In this document: positions 45,178 to 56,402 of the stretch, piece after piece
Numbering within the stretch: the stretch's first letter is position 1
Layout: every line of letters starts with the position of its first letter
Source of the DNA: Bacteroidota bacterium
Lineage (GTDB): Bacteria > Bacteroidota > Bacteroidia > Chitinophagales > Chitinophagaceae
Assembly (NCBI GenBank): GCA_018267585.1
Contig: JAFDYE010000482.1
Location: forward strand, 14,380-78,379
DNA: 64,000 nt
Direction: 5' to 3'
The notes under the pieces: generated by a model
Seen by the model: the letters and a program-made list of their open reading frames with translations, nothing else
What the model was told of the DNA's origin: nothing
The model's database searches: none
Position numbers and translations under genes: made by a program

Positions 45178-46977
45178 TTATCTTCTAAACAGCATCTTCG
45201 TACTCTGGGCAGGCAGGCCATCAATGATCAACGAACACACATAAGTGCCCGCCACGGTAAACCCATGATCCAGCAACACCTCGTTCAGCCCCTTCTTCAG
45301 CTGCACCTGCATCCGCCTGATCACCCGGCCATCCAGCGTCGTGAACTGCAACCAGGTCCGATCGGAAAAAACGTCCGTACCCGAAGTGATCGCGACCGTG
45401 GTCGATTCGTCAAAAGGATTCGGCCGGTTCGGCATCAGCCGGATACCATAATATCCCGCATCGGCTGGCGCCGGGAGACGCGGGTCCGGCGGCGGCAGGC
45501 TAAGAACATACTGCTTCGTCGACAGCGTAAACTCCGTCGCAAACTGGCTTTCCGTGTTATTGGCATCCATCGCCGCGGCGCTGATATAGAAATTCGTATT
45601 CATCGGATAAGGCACCGCAATGGTATCGACAAGCCCGCTGACCGTATAGACCGAATCCCAGTCGTTGGAGTTCGACCTGATCGCGATCCGGTATCCGGGA
45701 TTCGACACCCCGGAAGACGGATTGAATTTGACCCTCACAAGATTAGCCGTAAGGACGGTTGGCGTAATATTCACCGTATCCGGCCCGAGCGCCACCATCG
45801 CCAGCGAATTGCCGTTGATAAGCGTATTACGGGAAAGATAGTCCAAGTTGACATACAGCGAATCCACCTGGCCGTCCCCGTTGCTATCCCGCCCGAGGCT
45901 GTCCCGGATATTGTGCTGCCGGTCCTGATACGACGAGGACGTGCTGCCATTGCCGTCCTCATTGGCCTGTGTGAAACGTACTGCGGTATAGGAAAGCGCG
46001 CTGAACGCCTGGTGGTCGCCGCCCCGCCCGCTGCGATCCTCATTCTGCATGATATTGATATTCATCGGCACGCTCACCTGGTTCATCAGCTGCTCTTTGT
46101 ACTCAAGCTTTACATAGCGGGCCCACTGCTTGTGCGCAGAGTTGACGGTACCCAGCGAGAATATCCGGATATCCGTGCTGTCAATATCACCGTAAAAAGG
46201 GCAGCCCGGACTCGAGGCGGTATGGCCGCAAAACACCCCGCCGGCAACGTCGTTGTTGTTGACAGCCTTGATACGTACATTCTTTCCGTCAAGATAGTTG
46301 GCAAGGGCGCTCGCCCCGATCAGACCCTGCTCTTCCCCCGTGTTGACCGAAAAGACAATGGTGCTCCTGAACGTATACTGACTGAGCACCCGGGCCAGCT
46401 CCATCACCAGCGCAGTGCCGGTAGCATTGTCACCAATACCCAAAGCACTGCCCGTCACGTCACAGTTGTCGGCATTCCGGCTGTCCATATGCCCTTCGAC
46501 GATGATCAGCGATGGGTTCGCCGTCTGACTGCCGGGAAGTACCGCCATCACATTGGCGTGCCTCGTGATCGACCCGGAACATCCAGCCGAAGAGGGCGAA
46601 TAATCGAACCACAGGTAGGCGGGCTTCAGCCTGCCTTCGTTCGCCGAGCTGTACTGCTGAAATTTACTGTATATCCAGCGACGCGCAGCGCCAATGCCGC
46701 GCGTAGTCGAGGTTGTATCAGAAAATGTATTTCTGTTCCTGAACCCCGCAAGGGCATATAGGTCCGCCTTGAGGCTGTCGGTCGAGATCTGGCTCAACAG
46801 ACCTGCCGAGATGACGCCGGGGTCGGTGATGACCGTCGTCGCCTGGTAGTTCACAGGATTGTAGGTACCCAGCAGGATCTTGTTCACTTCAGCTGAAGAA
46901 ACAGCCTGGTTGTTTTGCGCGTAGGTGCATTCCCCCCACGTAGTCGTGAGCAGGACGACAGGCAATAGGAATTTCAT
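45178..46977 (-). CDS. M28-family metallopeptidase with T9SS C-terminal sorting domain
   Basis: EGHMDSR, GIGDNATG, GEEQGLIG, NNDVAG, GRGGDHQAF; C-terminal PNRPNPF...GTYVCSL...KMLFRR. Confidence 0.85.
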   Translation of the reverse strand: MKFLLPVVLLTTTWGECTYAQNNQAVSSAEVNKILLGTYNPVNYQATTVITDPGVISAGLLSQISTDSLKADLYALAGFRNRNTFSDTTSTTRGIGAARRWIYSKFQQYSSANEGRLKPAYLWFDYSPSSAGCSGSITRHANVMAVLPGSQTANPSLIIVEGHMDSRNADNCDVTGSALGIGDNATGTALVMELARVLSQYTFRSTIVFSVNTGEEQGLIGASALANYLDGKNVRIKAVNNNDVAGGVFCGHTASSPGCPFYGDIDSTDIRIFSLGTVNSAHKQWARYVKLEYKEQLMNQVSVPMNINIMQNEDRSGRGGDHQAFSALSYTAVRFTQANEDGNGSTSSSYQDRQHNIRDSLGRDSNGDGQVDSLYVNLDYLSRNTLINGNSLAMVALGPDTVNITPTVLTANLVRVKFNPSSGVSNPGYRIAIRSNSNDWDSVYTVSGLVDTIAVPYPMNTNFYISAAAMDANNTESQFATEFTLSTKQYVLSLPPPDPRLPAPADAGYYGIRLMPNRPNPFDESTTVAITSGTDVFSDRTWLQFTTLDGRVIRRMQVQLKKGLNEVLLDHGFTVAGTYVCSLIIDGLPAQSTKMLFRR

Positions 46978-47049
46978 GCCGGCTTGGATTTAAGGTTAAG
47001 CACGGTCGGGCAAAAGGGGAGGGAGCCTCCGGAGAAGCTCCCTTATCAG

Positions 47050-49935
47050 CTACTGATTAAAAACTTTCTTCACGAAAACCTGGTCAGCAAGTACGATCTG
47101 GACAAAATAGACAGAAGAAGGCAGCGAGGAAAGGTCGTTGATCACAAAGGAATTGACACCTTTCGCTCCCTGATAACGCGCCTGCTTAAGCGCCATACCC
47201 CTGCTGTCGAGCAGCCGGATAGCGACACGCTCCGCCCTGGCGATGTTCAACCGGACGGTTACCTGAGACCCAAAAGGGTTCGGCGAAACGTCCAGCACAA
47301 CACTACCTGCAGCGGCAGCGATCGTCACCACATTGCTGTAGGCAAAATTGCCATTGCCATCTGTCCATTTAAGACGATAATATGTAGCGGTATTAGGGGT
47401 AGGACTCTTGTCCGTATAAACGTGATTTACGTCGGCGCCGTTGCCAGCTCCGGCTACAGTGCCCACAGCGGCAAAATTCAGCCCATCGCTGCTGCGCTCG
47501 ACGGTAAATTGTACGCCGGGCATCTCGCCATAGGAGGTCCAGCTAAGCACATTGCCATAGTCGGAGCTGCGGCCGGTAAAGGATCCAAAGGTACTGGCCA
47601 GCACCGTGGACATATTGATAGTGTAGGTGGCCGGAGACGGGTCCTGCTTACCCGCAGCATCAAGATAGGCATAAGTGAACGACGTAGAGATCACGGTGTT
47701 GATAGTAGTGAACTTCACCTGCAGCAGGGCCGGATTGTAGTTGCTGATCCGGTAGCCGTTGGTCAGCAGGACTCCGCCATAATACAATTGCTCGTTGGAC
47801 GGGACAGACGTGATAACGACATTCCTGCCCGAGCCCAGAGACCCGTCTTCGGGGTCCGAACCCACCAGGGGGCCAGGGCTTGCGACAGTCCCCGCGCCAT
47901 TGAGGGTGACCAGCGCATTCTGCGCCGGCATCGCAATGGTATAATTCTGGTCATAGGAGTTCGGCAGCTGTTCGATGCCAAAATCCTGTCCGGTGATCGA
48001 ATAATTTGTCGAATTAAAGACACGCAACAGCAGAGAGGTGTTTATCCATCCGGCGCTGACGCCGGGAGCAGGCACCGGGCTCCCGTTGGCTACCTGCGTG
48101 GTCGTAATAGCGATCTCCATGCCGCTGGCATTGACAGGACAGTTCAGCAGGGTAAATGTCCCATCCGAAGCTACAGCAGTGGAGTACAGCACATTATTGG
48201 TAATAGGGTCGACAAGATTGGCATACAGTGTACCTCCGGCATTGACACCGGATTCGCCGTTCGTCCGAATATTCGTGGTATCCCCATTCGCGCTGCCGTC
48301 GGCATCATCCCAAACCGTACCGCTGACCGTTATACAACTCAGGGTGACCGATTGTGTCGAGGAATCGATGATCCCCCAGGTCCAGGTATTCAGCAGACGG
48401 GCATTCCCATAGTCATTACACTGAACATTATCGGCGTCGTTATTGGTGCTTCCGTATTTGACCGCCGGCGCAGGGATGACATTGGTCGGATTGCCATTTC
48501 CATTCCAGGCACGGCCAACCTGCGGGTCTGTCGAGTAGGTAGGAGGCTTGACCCCTACAACCGAATTGTCATAACCTATGCCGGTATAGTTGTTGTTGTT
48601 GTCCGAGCAGTCGCTGCCTCTGCTATATATCTGAGTATCGTCCCAAAACAGGGGGTTATTGGGTTGCGACAACGGTGCTACGCCACCCACAGTGAACCCG
48701 TTGACATTGAGCTCAGCATCATAGATGGGAATATTGATACGCCCTTCCCGGAATGAAAAGATAATATTAAAGCTCGTATTGGCTGGCACAACGTTACCCA
48801 ACCCATCCTTTCCGTCCCATACATAGGTAACCACTCCGGCACTTTGCGCCGGCAGCTCGACAAAACGGTCGGCCGTATGATTCTGAAAACCAGGAACACC
48901 ATTCAGGTCAAAAAGCATATAGTAGTCACCGTCCTGTGGGGCATAAAAACGCACGTTGTAAGGCCCGGGTGGGCAGCCGGCTATGACAGGGGCCAGCAGC
49001 ACGGGATTACTGGGAATGCTCGCAGGTGGATACACCGTAGCATCCGGCGACTGCAGGAATACCGGATACCCCCCCTGCAGATAGGGGGCCACCAGCTTGG
49101 GCAACACAATGGACTTACGATCCGTGATCCAGTTGCCATTATTCGCGACGCCAAAATCATTGAATGCGACGATAAAAGACAGAGGCTTAAAACCGCCGGC
49201 CGGAGGGAACTGGACGCTCACAGAGACCTTGTCCTTGGTATAAGCAATAAATTGCGAACAGGCCGAGACTGTTGGGTCCTGCAAATCATTAGAAACATTA
49301 TATACTGAAAAAGCCCATTCATTACAGTGAATACGACCCTTGGCCGCCGTACTGAGCGTTGTGTTGACAACCGTCATATCGAACCACTTGGACAGCATCG
49401 ACTCGCCCGCGTCAGTAGCGCCGTTGTCATTGCTCTGGTAGAAGGAGACATAGTAGTCGCCGTTCATGGAGGGCTTAAAGGTCAGCGCCTTATAGCCAAA
49501 TGGCGAACCCCCGATGGAAGGACCCGCGGCCGCCTGACTATAAGAGCTCAGATAGCCGTTGCCAGTTGAACTCGGCAAAAGTATAGGAGACCCGACCTGC
49601 GCCCCCGTAGGGTCATAGATCCGCATATAAACGTTAGTATACACGCTGATCGTCCCGCTCGGAGCAAGCGTTTCCCAGTGGAATCCATAATACAGGGATT
49701 CATTCTGCCAGTCCTTGACATAAAAATAGATTCGCTGGTCCACCGGGGCGCCGAGAAAGGAACCTACATTACCAAGCGGAAAAGACGAAGTGGTGGAAAC
49801 AATGAGACCCGTACCCTGAGTGCTATTTGGCATTACCTGTTTAGTGCCTTCCGCCAGAAGATGCGAGGCGCCGGGCAGGCAGCTCAGGTTGATTAGGATA
49901 AGCAGGACAACCCTGAATGTGTAGACAGGTTTCAT
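47050..49935 (-). CDS. Large T9SS-secreted surface protein (SdrD-B-like and FlgD-Ig-like segments)
   Basis: Signal peptide; YVWDGKDGLG; VSGTVWDDADG; VERSSDGLNF...YYRLKWTDGNG..AYSNVV; SPNPFG...YFVQI....KKVF. Confidence 0.82.
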   Translation of the reverse strand: MKPVYTFRVVLLILINLSCLPGASHLLAEGTKQVMPNSTQGTGLIVSTTSSFPLGNVGSFLGAPVDQRIYFYVKDWQNESLYYGFHWETLAPSGTISVYTNVYMRIYDPTGAQVGSPILLPSSTGNGYLSSYSQAAAGPSIGGSPFGYKALTFKPSMNGDYYVSFYQSNDNGATDAGESMLSKWFDMTVVNTTLSTAAKGRIHCNEWAFSVYNVSNDLQDPTVSACSQFIAYTKDKVSVSVQFPPAGGFKPLSFIVAFNDFGVANNGNWITDRKSIVLPKLVAPYLQGGYPVFLQSPDATVYPPASIPSNPVLLAPVIAGCPPGPYNVRFYAPQDGDYYMLFDLNGVPGFQNHTADRFVELPAQSAGVVTYVWDGKDGLGNVVPANTSFNIIFSFREGRINIPIYDAELNVNGFTVGGVAPLSQPNNPLFWDDTQIYSRGSDCSDNNNNYTGIGYDNSVVGVKPPTYSTDPQVGRAWNGNGNPTNVIPAPAVKYGSTNNDADNVQCNDYGNARLLNTWTWGIIDSSTQSVTLSCITVSGTVWDDADGSANGDTTNIRTNGESGVNAGGTLYANLVDPITNNVLYSTAVASDGTFTLLNCPVNASGMEIAITTTQVANGSPVPAPGVSAGWINTSLLLRVFNSTNYSITGQDFGIEQLPNSYDQNYTIAMPAQNALVTLNGAGTVASPGPLVGSDPEDGSLGSGRNVVITSVPSNEQLYYGGVLLTNGYRISNYNPALLQVKFTTINTVISTSFTYAYLDAAGKQDPSPATYTINMSTVLASTFGSFTGRSSDYGNVLSWTSYGEMPGVQFTVERSSDGLNFAAVGTVAGAGNGADVNHVYTDKSPTPNTATYYRLKWTDGNGNFAYSNVVTIAAAAGSVVLDVSPNPFGSQVTVRLNIARAERVAIRLLDSRGMALKQARYQGAKGVNSFVINDLSSLPSSVYFVQIVLADQVFVKKVFNQ

Positions 49936-50176
49936 AAGTATGGATTAAATTCGATCGATCAGCGACGTAGACAGGCGTCAGTTTGATCTTTCACGGTGCA
50001 AGCTATAAAACTTTGATCGATCCGGCAATCCTCAAGAAATGGGCGGCGCTATTAGAAAAGACAACCGGTCAAAAATGCCGGAACTTGCACCGGTTTTATA
50101 TCCGTTTATGCATGAGGCTAATCAAGAATATGTTAAAGACCCTAGGGCTTTAAGTTTTCCACATTAAGGGAAATAT

Positions 50177-51052
50177 TTATTTGTTCTTAGGGGTAGATTG
50201 TAGCCGGGAGATGCAGACTTCCAGGCTGTCACGCCAGTCCGGTATGGTCAGGCCATAGATTTTTTTGATCAGGGTCTTGTCGAGCAGGGAATAGCGAGGC
50301 CGGCGCGCAGGAGTAGGGAAATCGGCACTGGGAATAGGATTGACCTGGCAGCTGCTGCCGATAAGTACCCGGATCGCCAGCGCAAAATCATACCAGCTTA
50401 TGATTCCCTCGTTACTATAGTTGTAGATGCCAGGCGCCCAGTGGGAGCCGGCAACGATATGTAGAATAGCCGCAGCCAGATCAGCGGCATAAGTAGGCGA
50501 GCCGATCTGGTCATTAACCACGTTAATGGCAGGCCGTTCCCCCATCAGTCTCATCATGGTCTTGACGAAATTATTGCCAAACTCCGAATACACCCAGGAA
50601 GTACGAATGATCAGCGTGCCGTCACGGTGCTCCCGAAGCGCATTCTCCTCTCCTTCCAGCTTGGAAGCCCCATACGTATTGATCGGCGCCGTTCTATCAT
50701 CTTCCCGCAGAGGAGTGGACGAGCTGCCGTCAAATACATAATCCGTCGAAATATGTATCAAACGGGCGCCAAATACCTTGCAAGCCCGCGCCAGCCAGCC
50801 GGGTGCATCTCCGTTGATTCGAAACGCAGCCTCTTTCTCCGTCTCAGCCTTATCGACCGCTGTATATGCAGCACAGTTGATACACCAGTCGCAGCGGTTA
50901 TCGTCAAAAAAAGAAGCAATTTGGCCCGGATCGTCAATCGACAGGAGGCCGCGGTCTGCAAACACAAATTCCAGCGCAGGGAATGCCGCGGCAAGAGCCT
51001 GAAGCTCCCGGCCCAGCTGACCTCCTGCTCCGGTGACAATGATCCTTTGCAT
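50177..51052 (-). CDS. rfbD: dTDP-4-dehydrorhamnose reductase
   Basis: GAGGQLG, NCAAYTAVDKAE, STDYVFDG, YGASK, DQIGSPT, ARRPRYS. Confidence 0.95.
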   Translation of the reverse strand: MQRIIVTGAGGQLGRELQALAAAFPALEFVFADRGLLSIDDPGQIASFFDDNRCDWCINCAAYTAVDKAETEKEAAFRINGDAPGWLARACKVFGARLIHISTDYVFDGSSSTPLREDDRTAPINTYGASKLEGEENALREHRDGTLIIRTSWVYSEFGNNFVKTMMRLMGERPAINVVNDQIGSPTYAADLAAAILHIVAGSHWAPGIYNYSNEGIISWYDFALAIRVLIGSSCQVNPIPSADFPTPARRPRYSLLDKTLIKKIYGLTIPDWRDSLEVCISRLQSTPKNK

Positions 51053-51612
51053 TATCCTTTAAACTCAAAATTATTGCGACAATTGGCCAGGACCGGCAGC
51101 TCCCTGTCCTTTTCGGAAACGATAGCCTCATCCGCAGACACCTTCCAGTCAATGTTCAGCACCGGATCATCATAACGGATTCCTCCTTCGCTGTCCTTGT
51201 GATAAAACCCATCGCATTTATAAGATACCTCCGCTGTCTCGCTGATGACCGAGAAGCCGTGCGCAAAACCTGCGGGAATAAAGAATTGCTTTCTATTTTC
51301 CGCCGACAATTCGATAGCCATATGCCTGCCATACGTAGGAGAGCCCCGGCGAAGATCGACGGCCACATCGATTATCCTGCCCGACAGCACGCGGATAAGC
51401 TTTGCCTGCTGGTAGGGCTCCAGCTGATAGTGAAGACCACGGATCACCCCATGACGGGAAAAGGACTGGTTGTCCTGGACAAATCGAATGGATATTCCCT
51501 GCTTTTCCCAGGCCTGCTCATTGTACGTCTCAAGAAAATAGCCCCGCTCGTCCTTGTATACCACTGGGTCAAATACCAGCAGTCCCGGAAACTCGGTAGT
51601 AGTAAAAGGCAT
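51052..51612 (-). CDS. rfbC: dTDP-4-dehydrorhamnose 3,5-epimerase
   Basis: DERGYFLETY, VQDNQS.S..GVIRGLHYQ, DVAVDLRRGSPTYG, GFAHGF. Confidence 0.95.
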   Translation of the reverse strand: MPFTTTEFPGLLVFDPVVYKDERGYFLETYNEQAWEKQGISIRFVQDNQSFSRHGVIRGLHYQLEPYQQAKLIRVLSGRIIDVAVDLRRGSPTYGRHMAIELSAENRKQFFIPAGFAHGFSVISETAEVSYKCDGFYHKDSEGGIRYDDPVLNIDWKVSADEAIVSEKDRELPVLANCRNNFEFKG

Positions 51613-51617
51613 TTACT

Positions 51618-52679
51618 TTATCTTTTGATATATTGCTCCGCATAGTATTTCTGATAATCGCCCGAAGTCACGGCCGCTACCCAATCCTGGTGGCTGAGGT
51701 ACCAGTCCACCGTCTTCTCCAGGCCTTCCTCGAACTGGAGTGAAGGCTTCCAGCCCAGCTCCTTATTGAGCTTCGTCGCATCGATGGCATAGCGAAGATC
51801 ATGCCCTGGACGGTCTTTGACATAGGTGATCAGCTTCGCTGACTCACCTGCAGGACGGTTCAGCTTCCTGTCCATGATCTTACAAAGCAGATTCACGATA
51901 TCGATGTTCTTCCACTCATTGAAGCCGCCGATATTGTATTTCTCCCCTGGCTTGCCTTTATGAAAGATCGTGTCGATCGCAGCCGCATGATCCTCCACAA
52001 ATAGCCAGTCCCGCACATTCTCCCCCTTGCCATAGACGGGTAGCGGCTTATTATGGATAATATTGTTGATCATAAGGGGGATCAGCTTCTCCGGAAAGTG
52101 GTTGGACCCATAGTTGTTTGAGCAATTGGACAGAATGACCGGCATGTCATAGGTATGGTGCCATGCCATTACGAAATGGTCGGAAGCGGCCTTGGAAGCC
52201 GAATATGGCGACCTTGGATCGTATGGGGTCTCCTCTGTGAAAAATCCTTCGGCGCCCAGAGAGCCGTATACCTCATCTGTCGAAACATGATAAAAGAGCT
52301 TGCCTTCCGGATCATCCTTCCAGAAAGATCGGCTCACATGGAGCAGATTGACAGTACCCAGCACGTTCGTCCGGACAAAGGCCAGCGGGTCCATGATGCT
52401 CCGGTCTACATGACTCTCCGCAGCAAGGTGAATGACGGCATCAAAAGCATACCGGGCAAACAGCTCTTTCAGTCGCGCCTCATCAACGATATCGCCTTTT
52501 TCAAATGTGTAATTGGGAGCATCCTTTATATCATCCAGGTTTGCCAGGTTTCCTGCATAGGTCAACGCATCCAGATTGACAATATGATAATCCGGATACT
52601 TCCGCACGAATAAGCGTACGACGTGCGACCCGATAAATCCGGCGCCGCCTGTGATCATGATCGTTTTACTGTACTTCAT
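51618..52679 (-). CDS. rfbB: dTDP-glucose 4,6-dehydratase
   Basis: GGAGFIG, HLAAESHVDRSI, STDEVYG, YSASKA, DRPGHDLRYA. Confidence 0.95.
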   Translation of the reverse strand: MKYSKTIMITGGAGFIGSHVVRLFVRKYPDYHIVNLDALTYAGNLANLDDIKDAPNYTFEKGDIVDEARLKELFARYAFDAVIHLAAESHVDRSIMDPLAFVRTNVLGTVNLLHVSRSFWKDDPEGKLFYHVSTDEVYGSLGAEGFFTEETPYDPRSPYSASKAASDHFVMAWHHTYDMPVILSNCSNNYGSNHFPEKLIPLMINNIIHNKPLPVYGKGENVRDWLFVEDHAAAIDTIFHKGKPGEKYNIGGFNEWKNIDIVNLLCKIMDRKLNRPAGESAKLITYVKDRPGHDLRYAIDATKLNKELGWKPSLQFEEGLEKTVDWYLSHQDWVAAVTSGDYQKYYAEQYIKR

Positions 52680-52684
52680 CGCTG

Positions 52685-53983
52685 TTATAGGCTCCAGTAT
52701 TTTCTTTTTGCGATCTTGTTCTTATAAGTGCCCTTCAGGTCAGCGATAATGGCCCCGTCCCTGGTGATCGACGTAAAATAAGCATCGTCCAGATCCTTGT
52801 ACTGTACGTGAGGCACGGTGATAATGACCGCATCATAGTCGCCGCTGTTCTTGCGCGAAAGATGCAGTCCGTATTCCTCATGGACCTCCTCTTCCACCGC
52901 ATACGGGTCCTCGACGTCGACATGAATATTGAAGGCCAGCAACTCCTTTACCGTGTCTACGATGCGGGAATTGCGGATATCACTGACATTCTCCTTAAAG
53001 GTCACACCCATGATCAAAACCTTCGGATCATTGGAAATACGCAACACATGGGTGATGATCTTACGGGCAACATACCGCGCCATATCGTCATTGATATACC
53101 GCGAAGAAGCGATCACCTTCGACTCATAACCCAGCGCAGCCGCCTTATACGTGAGATAATAAGGATCTATACCGATACAGTGACCGCCAACGAGACCCGG
53201 CTGGAACTTAAGAAAATTCCATTTGGTGCCGGCCGCTTCAATGACATCATAAGTATTGATGCTCATCCGGTCAAAGATAAGAGATAATTCGTTCATCAGG
53301 GCGATGTTGAGATCGCGCTGGGTGTTCTCGATGATCTTGGACGCTTCGGCAACCTTGATAGAAGGCGCACGATGAACCCCGGCATCCACAACCAGCTCGT
53401 ACGTCTTTGCTATTTCGTTCAACGAAAGGTCGGTATTGCCGGATACGACTTTTACTACCGTCCGTAGCGTATGCTTCTTATCCCCGGGGTTGATACGCTC
53501 GGGAGAATAGCCCAGGCTGAAATCCCCCTGCGCCAGCTTGAGGTCGGAGTGCTTCTCCAGAAGAGGAAGACAGTCCTCCTCTGTACACCCGGGATAGGTG
53601 GTAGACTCGTAAACCACATAGTCTCCCTTCTTCAGCACTTTTCCGACTGTATTTGAAGCGCCGACCAACGGCTTGAGATCGGGTACGTTGTACTTATCTA
53701 CGGGCGTAGGCACGGCTACGATGAAGAACCTCGCCTCCCGGAGCACTTCCAGGTCATCCGTAAAAACAATGTCACGGTCCTTGAAGTCTGCGGCATCGAC
53801 CTCTTTGCTGGGATCAAGGCCGGCCCGCATCATCTGTATCCGGCGGTTATTGATGTCAAAGCCGATAACGGATATCTTTCGTGCAAATTCCAGGGCGATC
53901 GGTAGTCCTACATACCCCAGACCAATAACGGCCAGCTTGGCCTTTTTTGAGAGGAGGTCATCGTAGATCTTAGCTTCACTCAT
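52685..53983 (-). CDS. UDP-N-acetylhexosamine 6-dehydrogenase (WbpO/TviB-like)
   Basis: GLGYVGLP, VPTP, ESTTYPG, SPERINPG, ENTQRDLNIALMNEL, GGHCIGIDPYYL. Confidence 0.88.
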   Translation of the reverse strand: MSEAKIYDDLLSKKAKLAVIGLGYVGLPIALEFARKISVIGFDINNRRIQMMRAGLDPSKEVDAADFKDRDIVFTDDLEVLREARFFIVAVPTPVDKYNVPDLKPLVGASNTVGKVLKKGDYVVYESTTYPGCTEEDCLPLLEKHSDLKLAQGDFSLGYSPERINPGDKKHTLRTVVKVVSGNTDLSLNEIAKTYELVVDAGVHRAPSIKVAEASKIIENTQRDLNIALMNELSLIFDRMSINTYDVIEAAGTKWNFLKFQPGLVGGHCIGIDPYYLTYKAAALGYESKVIASSRYINDDMARYVARKIITHVLRISNDPKVLIMGVTFKENVSDIRNSRIVDTVKELLAFNIHVDVEDPYAVEEEVHEEYGLHLSRKNSGDYDAVIITVPHVQYKDLDDAYFTSITRDGAIIADLKGTYKNKIAKRKYWSL

Positions 53984-54010
53984 ATTATTATTAAGGTTTA
54001 GGTTTCGCTG

Positions 54011-54994
54011 TTAGCTTTTGCTGGAAAATTCCTTCGGTTGCTTTACCCACTCTTCCGGCGGCAGGGACTTGAAATACTCATACGTCGTCTTGAGGCCGTC
54101 CTTACGCTCTACCTTGGGCTCCCAACCCAGTATCTCCCTGGCTTTCGTAATATCCGGGCGACGCTGTTTGGGGTCGTCCACCGGAAGAGGCTTGTAGACG
54201 ATCTTCTGCTTGGTACCCGTAAGCGAAATGACCTCCTCGGCAAATTGCTTGAGCGTTATCTCCGAAGGATTTCCAATATTCACCGGAAGGTGGTAGTCAC
54301 TCATGAGAAGACGATAGATGCCTTCCACGAGATCGTCTACATAACAGAACGAACGCGTCTGGCTGCCGTCGCCAAAGACCGTAAGGTCCTCGCCACGCAA
54401 AGCCTGACCAATAAAAGCCGGCAGCGCCCGGCCGTCATTAAGCCGCATCCTCGGTCCATAGGTGTTGAAAATACGCACTATACGCGTCTCCAGACCATGG
54501 AAAGTATGATAGGCCATCGTCATCGCTTCCTGGAAGCGCTTGGCTTCGTCGTACACGCCCCGGGGACCTACAGGATTGACATTCCCCCAGTACTCTTCGG
54601 GCTGCGGGTGAACCAGGGGATCGCCATATATCTCCGAAGTAGAGGCCACGAGAATACGCGCCTTCTTCGACTTTGCCAGACCCAGGCAGTTGTGCGTCCC
54701 GAGAGAGCCCACCTTCAGGGTCTGGATAGGTATCTTCAGATAGTCTATCGGACTCGCCGGCGAAGCAAAATGCAGAATATATTTCAGATCGCCCGGTACA
54801 TGGATGAACTTGCTTACGTCGTGATGATAGAACTCGAATTGTTCCAGCTTGAACAAATGCTCGATATTGCGAAGGTCTCCGGTGATGAGATTGTCCATCC
54901 CGATAACCTTGTAGCCCTCTTTGATGAAACGGTCACAGAGATGGGAGCCAAGAAAACCTGCGGCACCTGTGATCAATACGCGTTCGTTGCTCAT
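54011..54994 (-). CDS. UDP-glucuronate decarboxylase (UDP-xylose synthase)
   Basis: [52 protein letters not shown]. Confidence 0.92.
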   Translation of the reverse strand: MSNERVLITGAAGFLGSHLCDRFIKEGYKVIGMDNLITGDLRNIEHLFKLEQFEFYHHDVSKFIHVPGDLKYILHFASPASPIDYLKIPIQTLKVGSLGTHNCLGLAKSKKARILVASTSEIYGDPLVHPQPEEYWGNVNPVGPRGVYDEAKRFQEAMTMAYHTFHGLETRIVRIFNTYGPRMRLNDGRALPAFIGQALRGEDLTVFGDGSQTRSFCYVDDLVEGIYRLLMSDYHLPVNIGNPSEITLKQFAEEVISLTGTKQKIVYKPLPVDDPKQRRPDITKAREILGWEPKVERKDGLKTTYEYFKSLPPEEWVKQPKEFSSKS

Positions 54995-55013
54995 TTGTGT
55001 TCTCTTATTTTGG

Positions 55014-56336
55014 TTATTTTTTATCGGATGGGTTAGCAGGCGCACGACCGATGCTCTCATAGTAGAACCCCAGTTCCCGGATCGCTGCTATATCGAAAAG
55101 ATTGCGGCCGTCGAATATGACCTTGTTCTTCAAAGAAGTGACGATCTTCAGGAAGTTGGGGGTGCGAAACTCGTTCCATTCAGTTGCAATGATCAGCGCG
55201 TCGGCCCCTTCCAGGGCATCGTACTGGCTTTCCGCGTAGATGACCTTATCCCCGATAAGGTTTCGCACATTGTTCATGGCCTCCGGATCAAATACGCTCA
55301 CTGTAGCGCCTTCCTTGACCAGGATGTCGATCATATACAACGCCGGCGCTTCACGGATATCGTCCGTATTGGGCTTGAACGCCAGACCCCACAATGCAAA
55401 ATGCTTCCCTTTGAGATCCCCAAAGAACTTTTTGATCTTCGGCATCAGGTGCAGCTTTTGCTTTTCATTCACATCCATAACAGCATTGAGTATACGAAAA
55501 TCATAGCTGACCTCTTGCGACGACTTTACAAGCGCCTGCACGTCCTTGGGAAAGCAGCTGCCCCCGTATCCGATACCCGGGAAAAGAAAACGCTTCCCGA
55601 TCCGCTCGTCGCTGCCGATGCCCCTTCTTACCATATCCACGTCGGCTCCAAGGCGCTCACAAAGCAGAGCCACCTCATTCATAAAGGTGATCTTGGTAGC
55701 CAGGAAAGAGTTGGCGGCATATTTGGTGAGCTCCGCAGAACGCTCGTCCATATAAATGACAGGATTACCCTGGCGGACAAAGGGCGCATAAAGGTCCCCC
55801 ATCGTCTTGCGCGCACGCTCTGACCCCGCACCTATGACCACACGGTCTGGCTTCATAAAGTCGTCCACCGCAACACCCTCGCGGAGAAACTCCGGGTTGG
55901 AAACCACATCGAACTCACCTTTGTAGTTCTTCGCAATGGCAGCCCGCACCTTTTCAGCCGTCCCCACCGGTACGGTACTCTTGTCGACGATCACTTTATA
56001 GCCTTTCAACAGCTGACCCAGCTGATCAGAAACACCAAGAATATATTTAAGGTCGGCAGACCCGTCCTCACCCGGAGGGGTCGGCAGCGCAAGAAATACG
56101 ATCTCCGCGTCCCTGATGCCGGCTTCAAGATCGGTAGTGAATTTCAGCCGCTCTTCCTTCAGGTTCCGAAGGAAAAGCTTTTCCAGACCTGGTTCATAGA
56201 TGGTGATCTGACCATTGGAAAGTTTTTGCACCTTGCTGGTGTCGATATCCACACAAATAACATCATTACCGGTTTCTGCAAAACAGGTTCCCGTAACGAG
56301 CCCTACATAGCCGGTTCCAATAACAGCGATTTTCAT
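55014..56336 (-). CDS. ugd: UDP-glucose 6-dehydrogenase
   Basis: [61 protein letters not shown]. Confidence 0.95.
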   Translation of the reverse strand: MKIAVIGTGYVGLVTGTCFAETGNDVICVDIDTSKVQKLSNGQITIYEPGLEKLFLRNLKEERLKFTTDLEAGIRDAEIVFLALPTPPGEDGSADLKYILGVSDQLGQLLKGYKVIVDKSTVPVGTAEKVRAAIAKNYKGEFDVVSNPEFLREGVAVDDFMKPDRVVIGAGSERARKTMGDLYAPFVRQGNPVIYMDERSAELTKYAANSFLATKITFMNEVALLCERLGADVDMVRRGIGSDERIGKRFLFPGIGYGGSCFPKDVQALVKSSQEVSYDFRILNAVMDVNEKQKLHLMPKIKKFFGDLKGKHFALWGLAFKPNTDDIREAPALYMIDILVKEGATVSVFDPEAMNNVRNLIGDKVIYAESQYDALEGADALIIATEWNEFRTPNFLKIVTSLKNKVIFDGRNLFDIAAIRELGFYYESIGRAPANPSDKK

Positions 56337-56402
56337 AAAAATCCTTTTTAGGTTTTAAGTCAGTTTTTTAGTCAGAATCATGCCAAAAATTGTCAAACCT
56401 GC

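Noticed and set aside
45265-48756. Long plus-strand ORFs (498 aa and 590 aa) opposite the M28 and T9SS genes
   Set aside because: Antisense shadows of GC-rich coding genes, with no motifs. The same applies to 54038..55036, 62154..63098, 24637..25776 and most short track ORFs.
44908-50176. Genomic island or prophage downstream of the tRNA
   Set aside because: The att-like repeat closes at 44907. No integrase, phage or transfer genes follow, and I found no further copy of the repeat.
50166-50192. AAGGG/TAGGG pair 22 bp apart resembling the LAL operator
   Set aside because: It points into the 3' end of rfbD on the opposite strand, with no -7 element at +45 and no downstream gene. Treated as chance.
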